Assembly: GCA_043228905.1 (NCBI GenBank)
Contig: JBHGNT010000005.1
Span: forward strand, 16,492,001 to 16,556,000
Origin: Azolla caroliniana
Lineage: Eukaryota; Plantae; Polypodiophyta
Reading direction: 5' to 3'
DNA length: 64,000 nt
The translations under genes and the position numbers were made by a program. The notes below the pieces were generated by a model. The model did no database searches. It was not told the origin of the DNA and saw nothing but the letters and a program-made list of their open reading frames with translations. The first letter of the stretch is position 1, and every line of letters starts with the position of its first letter. Shown piece after piece: positions 61,309 through 64,000 of the stretch.

Positions 61309-62189
61309 CACATGTACGAATTGACCGAGTTGCCGAAAGGAAACAAGGCATTCCGTAACAAGTGGGTAATACAAATTGAAGCCAGGAGAAAGGTGGAATC
61401 CACCTAGATACAAAGCTTGAATTGTTGTGAAAGGTTTAGAGTAGAAGAAGGGTTCGGATTTCGACGAAATATTTTCCTTGGTAGTAAAGATGACATTGAT
61501 ACGAACAATGTTGAGCATAACAACCATCATGGATTTGGAAGTTGAGCAGTTTGATGTCAAGACTTCCTTTTTGCATGGAGATTTAGATGAAGAAATCTAC
61601 ATGCACCAACCAGAGGGATTCGTGGAGAAAAGAAAGGAGAACCTGGTTTGCCGGTTGAAGAAAAGATTGTACGGGTTGAAGCAAGCACCCCGACAATGGT
61701 ACCGAAATTCAAATCCTTCATGGTGGATCACAGTTTCAACAAGACACAAGCCAATATCTGTGTCTTTCTGAAGAAATATGATGGAGGAGACTTTCTCATC
61801 CTCCTATTGTATGTTGATGACATGCTAATTGTCGGAGAAGACCTAAAGAAAATCGAAAGCTTGAAAAAGGCTTTGAACAAATATTTTCTTATGAAGGATA
61901 TGGGTTCGGCAAAGCATATTCTGGGATGTACATTGTTCGCGATCGGACAAATAAGTTGTTGTGATTGTCACAGGAGAAATATGTGACGAAGGTGCTCCAG
62001 AGATTCAACATGCAAGGCGCAAGGCCGATCGGCTTGACACTGCTGACAAACTGCAAGTTGAACGGAGGCCAATGTCCGAAATCGGAGAAGGAGAAAGATG
62101 AGATGAACAAAGTATCGTATGCCTTAACCGTAGGAAGCTTGATGTACACAATGGTCTGCACCAAGCCAGACATCGCATATGTAGTTAGA
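61309..62189 (+). mobile_element. Degenerate Tork-like copia RT fragment
   Basis: YELTELPKGNKAFRNKWV, FDVKTSFLHGDL, LLLYVDDMLIV, SLMYTMVCTKPDIAY, with frameshifts. Confidence 0.88.
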
Positions 62190-63783
<1,594 letters not shown>

Positions 63784-64000
63784 TGTCGAATACAAGTGTA
63801 TAATGGACGTATTCACACTATCTCTTTGTATAGATCAAGTTTGGGCCATTTGTGTAATTAGCATAAATGGTAGTTGCCCTAAGTCGGTCCCTATATAAAG
63901 TGACCTTGTAACCTTTTTGTAAGGTTGGTTGTATTATTGTCTTATGGAATAAGAAAAGACTCTTTGTGTGTGTGTGTGTGTCTCTCTCTCTCTCTCTCTG
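63784..64000 (+). mobile_element. Start of another LTR inserted in the protease region; runs off the right edge of the window
   Basis: Abrupt switch to TGTCGAATAC.., TATA-like ctatataaag, aataag, then (TG)n(CT)n. Confidence 0.6.

Overview
Nuclear DNA from a large, AT-rich land-plant genome. I infer a seed-free vascular plant such as a fern from the TE repertoire; this is not proven. Two intact multi-exon genes lie head-to-head: nicotinate phosphoribosyltransferase (NAPRT, minus strand, 15 exons, 9038-19685, 564 aa) and a WDR11-like WD40 protein (plus strand, 20 exons, 29308-57428, about 1378 aa). Both are flanked and interrupted by nested transposons: Ale-like and Tork/Tnt1-like Ty1/copia elements, a Bryco-like copia, RTEX-like LINE pieces and a MULE remnant. 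Most notable items: (1) a 935-bp Ginger/GingerRoot-type DNA transposon in WDR11 intron 1, with TGT..ACA ends, ~160-bp TIRs, a 4-bp TSD and a gypsy-like integrase fragment; (2) an eroded plastid mosaic (3'-rps12, ndhB, rrn16-trnI spacer, trnI-GAU with group II intron) inside a GC-AG intron of NAPRT; (3) an Ale-like copia with non-canonical TG..TT termini that hosts a young, ORF-intact Tork-like element whose RT motif reads YVDG; (4) a LINE with twin-priming-like 5' inversion geometry. I found no CRISPR array or prokaryotic system.
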